Shown piece after piece: positions 33,547 to 43,634 of a stretch of DNA of 47,822 nucleotides (positions are counted from its first letter, which is position 1; every line of letters begins with the position of its first letter). The notes below the pieces were generated by a model. It had not been told where the DNA came from and searched no databases. It saw only the letters and a list, made by a program, of their open reading frames with translations. This stretch comes from Candidatus Dormibacteraceae bacterium. Lineage in GTDB: Bacteria; Chloroflexota; Dormibacteria; Dormibacterales; Dormibacteraceae. The stretch is taken from positions 1 to 47,822 of the forward strand of contig JBGOTG010000001.1 in the NCBI GenBank assembly GCA_041476405.1, read 5' to 3'. Both the position numbers and the translations under genes were made by a program.

Positions 33547-35315
33547 TACAGATACGTATCAGTCGTCAGGTTGTAGAGCCTGGGATTGAGCCCGATCACC
33601 TGGTCCGCGTCGATCGGCACGTCGACCAGGATGGAGCGTCCCGACCCCGCGTAGCACGCGTCCAGGATCTCGTCCAGGTTGCCGAGGTCGGCCCGCAGTC
33701 GATACCCGTCCCACCCATGCGCCTTGGCAGCCGCCACGAAATCGATCGGGGCCAGCTTGCCGTGGTAGCGGCCCTTGTCCACGTCGGGAATGACCACCTC
33801 CAGACCCTTGTCGACTATCGCGTACGTGCCGTTGTTGACGATGAACAGGTTCATGCCGATGCCGGCCGCCTCGGCGAGCGCCCCACCGAACAGCCTCCAG
33901 CACCCATCGCCCGAGAAGACAAACGTGTGAAGGCTTGGATCGGCCGCCTTGGCCCCGACGCCGAGCCCGAACGCGCCACCCATCGCCGAGCCGTCATGGA
34001 TCGTATGGAACGGAATCGACTGGTGCGGCCGCTGCGTCACGTACTGGCGATCCTTGTAGGCGGTGCAGACGTCGTCGAACCCGATGCTGTGCGGCCGCCA
34101 TGACCGGTACAGCTCGCCATAGAAATCAAACGCGTCGACACACCCCTTGCGGACGTCGCGCGAGATGGTCCGCGTGTTGAGGTCTCGCGGCGGGTCGATG
34201 CGCGGCCGCTGCCCCACCTTGCCCTTGAGCCGCGGCAGCACCTCCTGAAGCGTCTTTTCGATGTCGCCCCTCACCACCCTGTAGTCGCCCTCGACGCGAT
34301 GCCTGAAGTCCCCGTCCTTGTGCCCATACGGCTCGTTCCACGCGGTGAAATGCCAAACGTGGCCGGCCGCGATGGGGCTGAGGTTCAGGGAGTATTCGCC
34401 CGAGTCAAACCCAAGGCTGATGACAATGTCGTCCGCGGTCACGCTGCGCCACAGCTTCATCGCCTCGTCGTTGCCGCCGAACGAGATGTATCCGTACCCG
34501 TACCGGTTGTCCCGCGAGACCGCGTTGGCGCCGTTCACGGACCAGACGGTGGGCGCGGCGAGCAGCTCCGACAGCTCGGTGGTGAGCTTCGTGATGCCCG
34601 GACATCGAGCGGCCTCGGCCCCCACGTAGATGATGACCCGCCGCCCGTTGATGAGGCGGGGAAGCTCGTGTACGAAGCGATCGGCGTCCACCTGGTCGAA
34701 GCTGCGAGGACGCTCGATCATCGGCACGTCGACCTGCACCTGCTGCGACAGGATGTCGGGGTGGAAGGCGATCGCCACAGGCTTCGACTCCGCAAGGATC
34801 GCCTGCGCATGCTCGAGCTGGGCCTCCAGCTTCGAGATGTCGTCGACCACTATGCAGGCGTCGCCGAGCTCCGCCCGCAGCTGCGGGACCACGTTCATGC
34901 CGTGCTCCGATACGTCCTGCAGCGGCGACAGTCCGATCGACAGCGTGGAGTTGAGCGCGATGATGTAGACCGCCGGGATGTTGTGCAGCTTCGCATCGGT
35001 GATGCCGCTCGAGCCGAGCTTGGTGGCCGCCCCCGTCGTGGTGAGGCAGCCGGCGATGCGCCCGGAGGCCAGGTAGTAACCGAGCGGAACGAACCCCGCG
35101 ACGTACTCCCCCATCGTCTGCATGCGAGGCGTCCCGTCGCCGATCTGCTCCAGGCCGAGGAGCGGCTCGAGGTGCTTGGCGACGTGGATCAGGCCGCCAC
35201 CGTTCACGCCGGAGTAGAAGGTGATCCCCCATTTCCTCAGGGTGTCGATCAGGGCGAAGTTGCCGCTGGACTGCTCCAGGGCGATGCCGGCTTGGCGGCG
35301 GATGGCGGTGCTCAC
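33546..35315 (-). CDS. thiamine-pyrophosphate-dependent enzyme, acetolactate-synthase-like but divergent
   Basis: The TPP-binding motif is SGDGCWRLFGG...NLFIVNNGTYAIV. The N-terminal PYR domain has a MGEY Glu. GTG 35315 sits 6 nt after an AAGGAG SD. The alternative ATG 35345 shares one nt with the leuA stop. Confidence 0.7.
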   Translation of the reverse strand: MSTAIRRQAGIALEQSSGNFALIDTLRKWGITFYSGVNGGGLIHVAKHLEPLLGLEQIGDGTPRMQTMGEYVAGFVPLGYYLASGRIAGCLTTTGAATKLGSSGITDAKLHNIPAVYIIALNSTLSIGLSPLQDVSEHGMNVVPQLRAELGDACIVVDDISKLEAQLEHAQAILAESKPVAIAFHPDILSQQVQVDVPMIERPRSFDQVDADRFVHELPRLINGRRVIIYVGAEAARCPGITKLTTELSELLAAPTVWSVNGANAVSRDNRYGYGYISFGGNDEAMKLWRSVTADDIVISLGFDSGEYSLNLSPIAAGHVWHFTAWNEPYGHKDGDFRHRVEGDYRVVRGDIEKTLQEVLPRLKGKVGQRPRIDPPRDLNTRTISRDVRKGCVDAFDFYGELYRSWRPHSIGFDDVCTAYKDRQYVTQRPHQSIPFHTIHDGSAMGGAFGLGVGAKAADPSLHTFVFSGDGCWRLFGGALAEAAGIGMNLFIVNNGTYAIVDKGLEVVIPDVDKGRYHGKLAPIDFVAAAKAHGWDGYRLRADLGNLDEILDACYAGSGRSILVDVPIDADQVIGLNPRLYNLTTDTYL

Positions 35316-35344
35316 GGGTTTTCTCCTTGTTCCTGCTTTATTCA

Positions 35345-37180
<1,836 letters not shown>

Positions 37181-37222
37181 CTAGGTAAGGAGCAGCCGGC
37201 CGGCTCGTCGAGCCAAGCTCAT
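37181..37222 (-). promoter_or_regulatory. putative Leu-rich leader peptide ORF upstream of leuA
   Basis: On the minus strand ATG AGC TTG GCT CGA CGA GCC GGC CGG CTG CTC CTT ACC TAG encodes MSLARRAGRLLLT. It has 4 Leu, three of them consecutive just before the stop. A 10-bp hairpin (37180-37155) starts right after the stop codon. Confidence 0.4.
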
Positions 37223-37357
37223 GGTTCGCCTATGTTGCCCTGGTTGGCAGCCGTTTGTCCAGTTGCTTGATCACAACAGGCGGCGCCTCGCTCAGTCTCT
37301 GGGCACCATGCAGGTGGTCGTCTTGAGAACCTGGGGATCAAACACGCGAGCGGCAGA

Positions 37358-37798
37358 TCAGAAATCACGCCGGCCGAGGAAGTGGGCCAGGACCCCTGGC
37401 CGGCTCAGCTCGTAGATCGCCAGCCGGTGGCCGCCGGGAGTCGTGAACGAGCAGCACGGACCCATCGGGATCTCGAGGGTCTGCGCCTTCTTCCATCCTC
37501 TGGCCTTCAGGCCGGCCATCGCCGCGCCAAGGTCGGGGACCCTGAAGATGAAGATCGGCCTGTCGCCGTCCAGGTGGTCGGTCAGCAGGATGTGAGGAGG
37601 GCTCTCGCTCAAGCGGAGCATCGCCACGCGCGCGCCCATCCCTTCGATCGCGAAGGCGAGCTCGGCCCCTAGCACGTCAGTGAAGTACGCGACATCCGCC
37701 GCAACGTCGCCGCTGGGCGTGTAGAGGTAGTCGAGCTGGGTGAACGGCGCGCTGCCGATCGCCACAGGTCCTTTCTGGCCGGCGGTTCGCCGCGGCAT
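37358..37798 (-). CDS. VOC (glyoxalase/bleomycin-resistance) family protein
   Basis: 146 aa with a single beta-alpha-beta-beta-beta module pattern (LDYLYTPSGDVAADVAYFTDVLGAEL...). This is a small soluble protein and the family call is by resemblance only. Confidence 0.55.
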   Translation of the reverse strand: MPRRTAGQKGPVAIGSAPFTQLDYLYTPSGDVAADVAYFTDVLGAELAFAIEGMGARVAMLRLSESPPHILLTDHLDGDRPIFIFRVPDLGAAMAGLKARGWKKAQTLEIPMGPCCSFTTPGGHRLAIYELSRPGVLAHFLGRRDF

Positions 37799-37813
37799 CG
37801 GTTCCGCTTTAGA

Positions 37814-38350
37814 TTATGGGAGGACGTCGTAGACCTTGGCGAGGTCGGCCGGGAGCATCAGGTTCGGATCGGCGCCCAGGAGCAGGCCGCCTTCCTGCAG
37901 CGCTCTGACCACGAGCCCGGAGCAGATCTGGTGGTTCTTCCGCGTGAGGCGCAAGGGCCAGCCGAAGAGGAGGAACAGCGCCGCCCCGGCCAGGGCCAGG
38001 AATCCGAAGGCCTGCCCGACCTGGGCGTCTGCGTACGCAACCGCCCTCTCGCGGCCGGACTGGCTGAGCTCGGAGCCGAGCCGGACCAGGTGGTATTCCC
38101 TGGATCGGTATTTCGAGATCGGGCTGCGCTCGACGCCAAGGCTCTCCGCCTCCACGATGGCGCCGTCCTCGCCGACCACCAGGGCGCAATGGCTCCAGTG
38201 GGCGTAGACGGAATCGGGCCCGCGAAACCGGACCTTCTCGGCGACTGTGATCAGGCCTGCGATCGGGCGTCGCCGGTGCGAGAGGATGAAGTCACCGGGG
38301 TCAAAGCGGCCGGCCTGCTCGCCGGGACCGTACCGTTCGACGTCGGGCAC
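37814..38350 (-). CDS. putative permuted papain-like (YiiX/NlpC-P60-related) cysteine hydrolase
   Basis: 178 aa. An HCALVV segment, a hydrophobic helix and a late QICSGLVVRAL Cys motif recall the permuted C92/YiiX family. This is a tentative call. Confidence 0.45.
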   Translation of the reverse strand: MPDVERYGPGEQAGRFDPGDFILSHRRRPIAGLITVAEKVRFRGPDSVYAHWSHCALVVGEDGAIVEAESLGVERSPISKYRSREYHLVRLGSELSQSGRERAVAYADAQVGQAFGFLALAGAALFLLFGWPLRLTRKNHQICSGLVVRALQEGGLLLGADPNLMLPADLAKVYDVLP

Positions 38351-38429
38351 CGTCTCACCCTATGACACCGGGCTGCAGGGAGGGCGCCCGGCGGCGCATT
38401 GCCGGCCGGGCGCCACGGTCAACCTGCCG

Positions 38430-38939
38430 TCAGCGCACTCCTGCCTTGGAGTGCACTTCATTGAGGCGTCCGCTCTTGACGTCGTAGACGAAACCTCGAA
38501 CGTTCTTCTTGTTGGGGATGAACGGGCTGGCTTCGATACGGGCGATCGACTGCTTCACGTCGTCCTCCACGTTGGGGAAGGCCTCCAGCGCGAAGGCGGG
38601 ACGGATGCCGACCTCGGCCTCGATCTTCCCTTTCACGTCGTCGTCCTTGAAGGTCAGCATGCCGCAGTCCGTGTGGTGGATCAGCACGATCTCGTTTGTC
38701 CCGAGAAGGCGCTGCGAGATCACCAGCGACCGGATCGCATCGTCGGTCGCCACCCCGCCCGCGTTGCGGATCACGTGCGCTTCGCCCTCGTGCAGCCCGA
38801 GGATCTTGTGTACGTCGAGACGGGCATCCATGCACGCGAGCACTGCGATGTGCTTGCCGGGCGGCATCGGGAGATCGCCCTTGGTAAAGGACTTCACGTA
38901 GCCGTCGTTGTTGTGTAGCAGCTCGTCCGTGACACTCAT
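38430..38939 (-). CDS. beta-class carbonic anhydrase
   Basis: An internal ATG at 38939 gives MSVTDELLHNNDGYVKSF. The zinc ligand motifs are CMDARL and HTDCGM. The size (~169 aa) fits small actinobacterial beta-CAs. Confidence 0.85.
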   Translation of the reverse strand: MSVTDELLHNNDGYVKSFTKGDLPMPPGKHIAVLACMDARLDVHKILGLHEGEAHVIRNAGGVATDDAIRSLVISQRLLGTNEIVLIHHTDCGMLTFKDDDVKGKIEAEVGIRPAFALEAFPNVEDDVKQSIARIEASPFIPNKKNVRGFVYDVKSGRLNEVHSKAGVR

Positions 38940-39164
38940 TTGTTGAATCTCCAAAACAGCGTGAATGGCGGATAGGGATGGTCGTGACAAATGCGGATGA
39001 CCTTGGGGCCGGTAGCCCCCTCTGGCGCTTCGCGCCACCTCCCCAGCAGGTGGGGAGGACAACTTCAGATCAGATCAGCTTCTACAGATCGCTGACGAGC
39101 AGTGGCACAGGTCGACGGCCAGGCGGCGGGTCAACAGGGTGCTCACTGGGTTTAACAATAACGG

Positions 39165-39710
39165 TTAGCGGCGCGCGAACGGCGGTTGGTAGAAGTCGTT
39201 CACCCGGCTGGGCCGGCCGTCGAGCGCCACCTCGCTGAACTGATACAGGATCGCCGCCGTCGGAGCGTAGATCGGCCCCCACGGGAGCTCCAGGCAGAAG
39301 GACCTGGAGGTCCCTCGGCCGGCGCCAGCCACTGCCGAACGCAGATCATCCAGATGGAGCAGATACAGCTGGGCGACCTCGTCATCCGAAGGTACCAGCT
39401 CTGCCGCCGCCGCCTCGCTCCAGACGACCACCGGCGTGATCGTGAAGCCGGAGCGTGTGTCGAAGTCGTCAAGCAGTCCGATTATCGCGTCGTCGGCGAC
39501 GGCCAGGCCGAGCTCCTCACGAAGCTCGCGGAGAGCCGCCTCCTCCGGGACTTCGTCAGGGTTCAGCTTCCCTCCGGGCAGCGCGAACTGACCCGGATGG
39601 CGGGAGAGGCCCGCCGCCCTGACGAAGACCGGGACGCACTGCTCGCCGTCGCCGTCGTGCAGGACCACGACTGCTACGGCTGCTCTTACCAGCGGCGCCG
39701 GCGCGGGCAC
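39165..39710 (-). CDS. NUDIX hydrolase (CoA-pyrophosphatase-like)
   Basis: The Nudix box is GGKLNPDEVPEEAALRELREELGL. It is preceded by RHPGQFALPGG, reminiscent of the CoA pyrophosphatase subgroup. Confidence 0.75.
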   Translation of the reverse strand: MPAPAPLVRAAVAVVVLHDGDGEQCVPVFVRAAGLSRHPGQFALPGGKLNPDEVPEEAALRELREELGLAVADDAIIGLLDDFDTRSGFTITPVVVWSEAAAAELVPSDDEVAQLYLLHLDDLRSAVAGAGRGTSRSFCLELPWGPIYAPTAAILYQFSEVALDGRPSRVNDFYQPPFARR

Positions 39711-39748
39711 ACGCTCGAAACGCCGCAGGTTGTCCGCGATGCGCTCCC

Positions 39749-40858
39749 TCAGCTGCGAGGGCGCTTCTTCTGAGGATCGTAAATCGGCAGGACCTCCACC
39801 CTGGCGGGCACCGTGCCGTCACCCATCGCGACCTCGAGCGCCTCGCGCTCCTCGGCAAACTTCGACTCGAGCACGGCCAGCCCGATCCGGCCGAATCGAG
39901 GGCTTTTGGTAGGGCTCGTGAGCACGCCGACCGGCTCGCCGCGCTTGGTCACCGCGGCGCCGTACTCGGGCAGCTCGTCGGTGTCGAGGACAAGCGTCTT
40001 GAACCGATTCGGCGGTTTTCCCGCGATCGCCTCGAGGGCCGCCTTGCCATTGAAGTCCGCGCCGCGGAGCGCCACGAGGCGATCGAATGAGAAGTCGAAC
40101 GGCGTCCGCTCGTGCGCGTGGTAGTCGTAGTCCAGAACGATCAGGCCTGCCTCGATGCGAAGGACCTCGATCGCCTCGACCCCGAATGGCCTCGCGTGGC
40201 ATCGATCGACGACGACGCTCCAGAGGTCCTCCGCGTCGCGCGGTTTGCAGAACAGCTCGTATCCGAGCTCGCCGCCAAAGCCTGTGCGCGAAACCCAGCA
40301 CGGCACGCCCCCGACCTTCACGGGATCCGGGATGAAGCGGAAATAGCGAAGCCCGGTGATGTCCGCGCTGCAGACAGTCGAGAGTGCCTCGCGGGCTCTC
40401 GGTCCCTGCAACCCGAGGTGCGGCAGGTCGAGGCCGATGAACTCGATCTCGACGCTGAGCCCTCTGGCCACTTCGGCGAAATGCTCCTCGTGGTCGCGGC
40501 CGTTGGTCATCACCCACGCTTGGTTCTCCGAGATCTTGAATACGGTGCCGTCGTCGACCATCAGGCCGTCCTGGTCGCAAAAGGCGCCGTAGCGGACCTG
40601 TCCGACCTCGAGGCCGGCAACGTCGTTCGTGTGAAGTTGGGCGGCTGCCTTCAGGGCGTCAGGCCCACGAAAGCTCCACTTGTTCAACGGGGACACGTCC
40701 CAGACGCCGAGGTCGTCCCGGACCCCTCGGTACTCGGCGTCCAGGTCGCCGAAGCCCTCCGTCCAGAACCATCCGCCCTCCTCCATGAACGTCGCGCCCA
40801 GCGCGGAATGCGCTTTGTAGAACGGAGAGCGGATCGTCGGGCTCGTCGCCTCTGCCAT
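39749..40858 (-). CDS. aminomethyltransferase (GcvT) family protein
   Basis: An internal ATG at 40858 gives MAEATSPTIRSPFYKAHSALGATFMEEGGW. The GcvT-like core includes SRTGFGGELGYELF and a C-terminal barrel. The listed 660-aa ORF runs through the upstream gene in another frame. Confidence 0.8.
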   Translation of the reverse strand: MAEATSPTIRSPFYKAHSALGATFMEEGGWFWTEGFGDLDAEYRGVRDDLGVWDVSPLNKWSFRGPDALKAAAQLHTNDVAGLEVGQVRYGAFCDQDGLMVDDGTVFKISENQAWVMTNGRDHEEHFAEVARGLSVEIEFIGLDLPHLGLQGPRAREALSTVCSADITGLRYFRFIPDPVKVGGVPCWVSRTGFGGELGYELFCKPRDAEDLWSVVVDRCHARPFGVEAIEVLRIEAGLIVLDYDYHAHERTPFDFSFDRLVALRGADFNGKAALEAIAGKPPNRFKTLVLDTDELPEYGAAVTKRGEPVGVLTSPTKSPRFGRIGLAVLESKFAEEREALEVAMGDGTVPARVEVLPIYDPQKKRPRS

Positions 40859-40863
40859 CCGCG

Positions 40864-42042
40864 CTACCCCTGCGGGATGGCTTTCTTGGGGTCGATGAAG
40901 GGCAGGTTCGCCACCCGCGCCGACAGCGCACCGCCAGGCGCCATCGCTTCCAGCTCGGTCCCCGCCGTCGCCAGGTGGATCGGCACCCACGCGTAGCCGA
41001 TGTTTCGCTCGAGTCGCGGCGAGTGGATTGCGTCGGTCACGTGGCCGACGCGCTGACCTTTGTGGTGGACCGGCCAGTAAGCCACCAGCTCGGCGGCCAT
41101 GGCGTCGCCCGAGAGCTCGATTCCGACGAGCTTGCGCTTCACGCCGTCGGCCTTGATCCGTTCCAGCGCCTTGCGGCCGATGAAATCCGCCGGGGCGTCG
41201 AGCTCGACGAGGCGCTCGAGGCCGGTGACCTCGTCCGGGTTGTTCTCCAGGCGCATGTCCGAGCCGTAGTTGAAGATGCCGGCTTCGATCCGCCTCGCCT
41301 CGCAGGGCGCGATCGGCATGATGTCGTACGGCTGGCCGGCGGCCATGACCCGCTCCCACAGCTCGTCGCCGCGGCTGCCGTCGCGCAGGTAGATCTCGTA
41401 GCCCACCTCGGCGGTCCAGCCGGTGCGACTCACCACCACCGGGATGTCGTCCAGCTTCGTCTCCAGGCAGTAGTAGTACTTGAGGCCGCGAAGACCATCC
41501 CCGAAAAGGGCCTCCATGACCGGCTTGGAGTCCGGCCCCTGGATCTGGATCGGCGCCACATCGGGCTCCTTGATCTCGAGCTTCATCCCCGTGTTGAGAG
41601 AGGCTGCCTTGGCCCACAGCAGAACGTCGCTGTCGGCGAGGGCGAGCCAGAAATGGTTTTCGCCCAACCGGAGCAACACCGGGTCGTTGATGATGCCGCC
41701 GCTCTCGTCGATGATCGGCGCGTACTTGCACTGGCCGACTGCGCAGCGCGTGAGGTCCCTGCAGGTCAGCATGTTGGTGAACGCGAAAGCGTCCCGGCCC
41801 GTGATCTCAACGATCCGCTCGACCGCGACGTCCCAGATGGTCACGTGCTTGAGCAGGTGCCAGTACTCCTCGACCGGGTCGTGAAAGTAAGAGGGCAGGT
41901 ACATGTGGTTGTAGATGTCATATGCGGTGCATCCGTGCCGGAGGGTGGCCTCGAAGTAAGGTGACTTCCGGTACCACGGCCCGAAGTACAGGGTGCTGCT
42001 GCTCGGCTCCTGCCTGGTGACCACGCTGGTGGCTTCGCTCAT
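40864..42042 (-). CDS. aminomethyltransferase family protein, DmdA/demethylase-like
   Basis: 392 aa. RKSPYFEATLRHGCTAYDIYNHMYLPSYF and SRTGWTAEVGYEIY resemble the tetrahydrofolate-dependent demethylase branch of the GcvT fold. Confidence 0.75.
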   Translation of the reverse strand: MSEATSVVTRQEPSSSTLYFGPWYRKSPYFEATLRHGCTAYDIYNHMYLPSYFHDPVEEYWHLLKHVTIWDVAVERIVEITGRDAFAFTNMLTCRDLTRCAVGQCKYAPIIDESGGIINDPVLLRLGENHFWLALADSDVLLWAKAASLNTGMKLEIKEPDVAPIQIQGPDSKPVMEALFGDGLRGLKYYYCLETKLDDIPVVVSRTGWTAEVGYEIYLRDGSRGDELWERVMAAGQPYDIMPIAPCEARRIEAGIFNYGSDMRLENNPDEVTGLERLVELDAPADFIGRKALERIKADGVKRKLVGIELSGDAMAAELVAYWPVHHKGQRVGHVTDAIHSPRLERNIGYAWVPIHLATAGTELEAMAPGGALSARVANLPFIDPKKAIPQG

Positions 42043-42063
42043 CGAAACTCCTACCTCCCTGGA

Positions 42064-42441
42064 TTACGCGGGACGATCGGATTCAACGGTTCCCTCAGGC
42101 GGCGCCCAGAAGACCACGAGCACGAGCTCGTCGGTGATGTCGTGGAAGAAGTGCGTCGCCTGGGCCGGCACGAACAGGAGCGTGCCTGGTGCGACCGAGT
42201 GGTCTTCCGCGCCGACCCGGAGCATGGCCCGCCCGCGCACCGCGTAGTACACCTCGTCCTCGCCGTGCGGCGTCTGGTCGTCGGTCGCGCCGGCGGCCAG
42301 GAGATACAGGCCCACGCTGAGCAGATCGCTCCGCAGCACCTCGGCCGCGTAGCCGTCCGGCGCCGCTCTCGCGACGGCGATGGCGTCATCGAGCTCGGCG
42401 GCCTGGAACTGAACGTTGCCGTGCGCCTTCGTGGATTTCAT
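42064..42441 (-). CDS. cupin domain protein
   Basis: An internal ATG overlaps the Rieske gene stop as ATGA. The cupin motifs are PHGEDEVYYAVRG and GTLLFVPAQATHFF. It is 125 aa. Confidence 0.7.
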   Translation of the reverse strand: MKSTKAHGNVQFQAAELDDAIAVARAAPDGYAAEVLRSDLLSVGLYLLAAGATDDQTPHGEDEVYYAVRGRAMLRVGAEDHSVAPGTLLFVPAQATHFFHDITDELVLVVFWAPPEGTVESDRPA

Positions 42442-43634
42442 CGTTGCGGCTTGGCCAGCACCGTCGGGTTCCTCGGAGCGCTGACATGGCCGTCGACGTA
42501 TCCCGAGGCGATCATGTTGAAGAACTGGAAGACCGCCTCCTCCATCTCGGAGATCGGGCCTGGCCGGAATCCCCTCGACGCAGCCGACCGCTGCACCGAC
42601 TCGCAAGCGGCCCAATCCTGGCGGTTGGTGACGTCCCAGAAGTCGCTCGCGTACGACCCGTCGAACCCTTCGCGCTCGGCCACCGCCCGCGGAAAGAGAG
42701 TCCGGCACTCGACGAGCGTCCGCGTCGGGGAGAGCGGTTCCACGCGGTGGCTCAACACGTAGTCCGGGTGAGGGCTGATCAACAGGTTGGGGAAGAGCGC
42801 GAAGTAATAGACGCGATGGCGGTCCTCGGCCGACAGACCGGGCAGAACTGGCGCGCCGCCTTGACCGGTCAGCGACATGGTCACCGCCCCTTCCGCCAGG
42901 TCCATCCACCCGCCGATCCACATGCCTGTCGCGTCCAGGTTGATGCCGCTGGTCGGCGGGCTCACGCGGCAGAGCTCCGGGTGGATCTCAGGGCAGTGGT
43001 AGCACTCCTGGTAGTTCTCGTGGAGGAGCTTCCAGTTGGCCTCCACCACGTAATCCATCCGCCCCGTCTCGACCATCTCGCCAGGCGCCCAGGCGGCCAT
43101 CATGTCGGCCAGATTTCCAAGGTGTTCGCTGAGCGGGGCGGCGTCTCCCGAGACGTTCACGAACGCCCAGCCCTCCCACTCGGCTACGCGGACCGGCGTC
43201 AGGCCGTGCTCCGACACCTCGAACCCGGGCCGCAGCCCGAGTCGCGGCGCTGACTTGAGCGACCCGTCCTGCCTGTAGGTCCAGCCGTGGTACGGGCACT
43301 CGATCAACTCTCCCTCGGCGGAAGCCCCCGCGGGCAGGAGCTCGTGGCCGCGGTGGCGGCAGATGTTGAAGAACCCGCGCAGGATGCCTGCGCCGACACG
43401 GGTCAGCAGGATCGACTCCGCACCGACGCGGACGGCCCGCCTGCTGTTTGGACGCATCAGCCCGTCGGCGCGCCCCAGGCACACCCACGAGGGCTCGAAG
43501 AAGTTGCGCATCTCCCAGGCGAACAGCTCTGGCGACGTGTACGCCTCCCCGGGGAGCGTGTAGCTCTGCCTGAACTCGGCGAGCGACGGCTCGATCAGCC
43601 GCCGGTCGATGGGAGCGGGGGCTGTCCTGATCAT
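42438..43634 (-). CDS. Rieske [2Fe-2S] non-haem-iron oxygenase, alpha-subunit type (GbcA/Stc2/CntA-like)
   Basis: The Rieske motif is CRHRGHEL...CPYHGW. The mononuclear iron motif is NYQECYHCPEIHP. The internal ATG at 43634 overlaps the flavoprotein stop as ATGA. Confidence 0.85.
   Translation of the reverse strand: MIRTAPAPIDRRLIEPSLAEFRQSYTLPGEAYTSPELFAWEMRNFFEPSWVCLGRADGLMRPNSRRAVRVGAESILLTRVGAGILRGFFNICRHRGHELLPAGASAEGELIECPYHGWTYRQDGSLKSAPRLGLRPGFEVSEHGLTPVRVAEWEGWAFVNVSGDAAPLSEHLGNLADMMAAWAPGEMVETGRMDYVVEANWKLLHENYQECYHCPEIHPELCRVSPPTSGINLDATGMWIGGWMDLAEGAVTMSLTGQGGAPVLPGLSAEDRHRVYYFALFPNLLISPHPDYVLSHRVEPLSPTRTLVECRTLFPRAVAEREGFDGSYASDFWDVTNRQDWAACESVQRSAASRGFRPGPISEMEEAVFQFFNMIASGYVDGHVSAPRNPTVLAKPQR

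Noticed and set aside
38940-39164. Overlapping hairpins CCACCT/AGGTGG and CCTCCCC/GGGGAGG (39035-39058) and the palindrome GGCGCTTCGCGCC (39024-39036), in the 225-nt spacer upstream of the carbonic anhydrase gene.
   Set aside because: There is no U-tract, so this is not a clear terminator for the NUDIX gene. The region sits about 100 nt from the carbonic anhydrase start, so it does not sequester the SD. It could be regulatory, but I cannot support a specific call.
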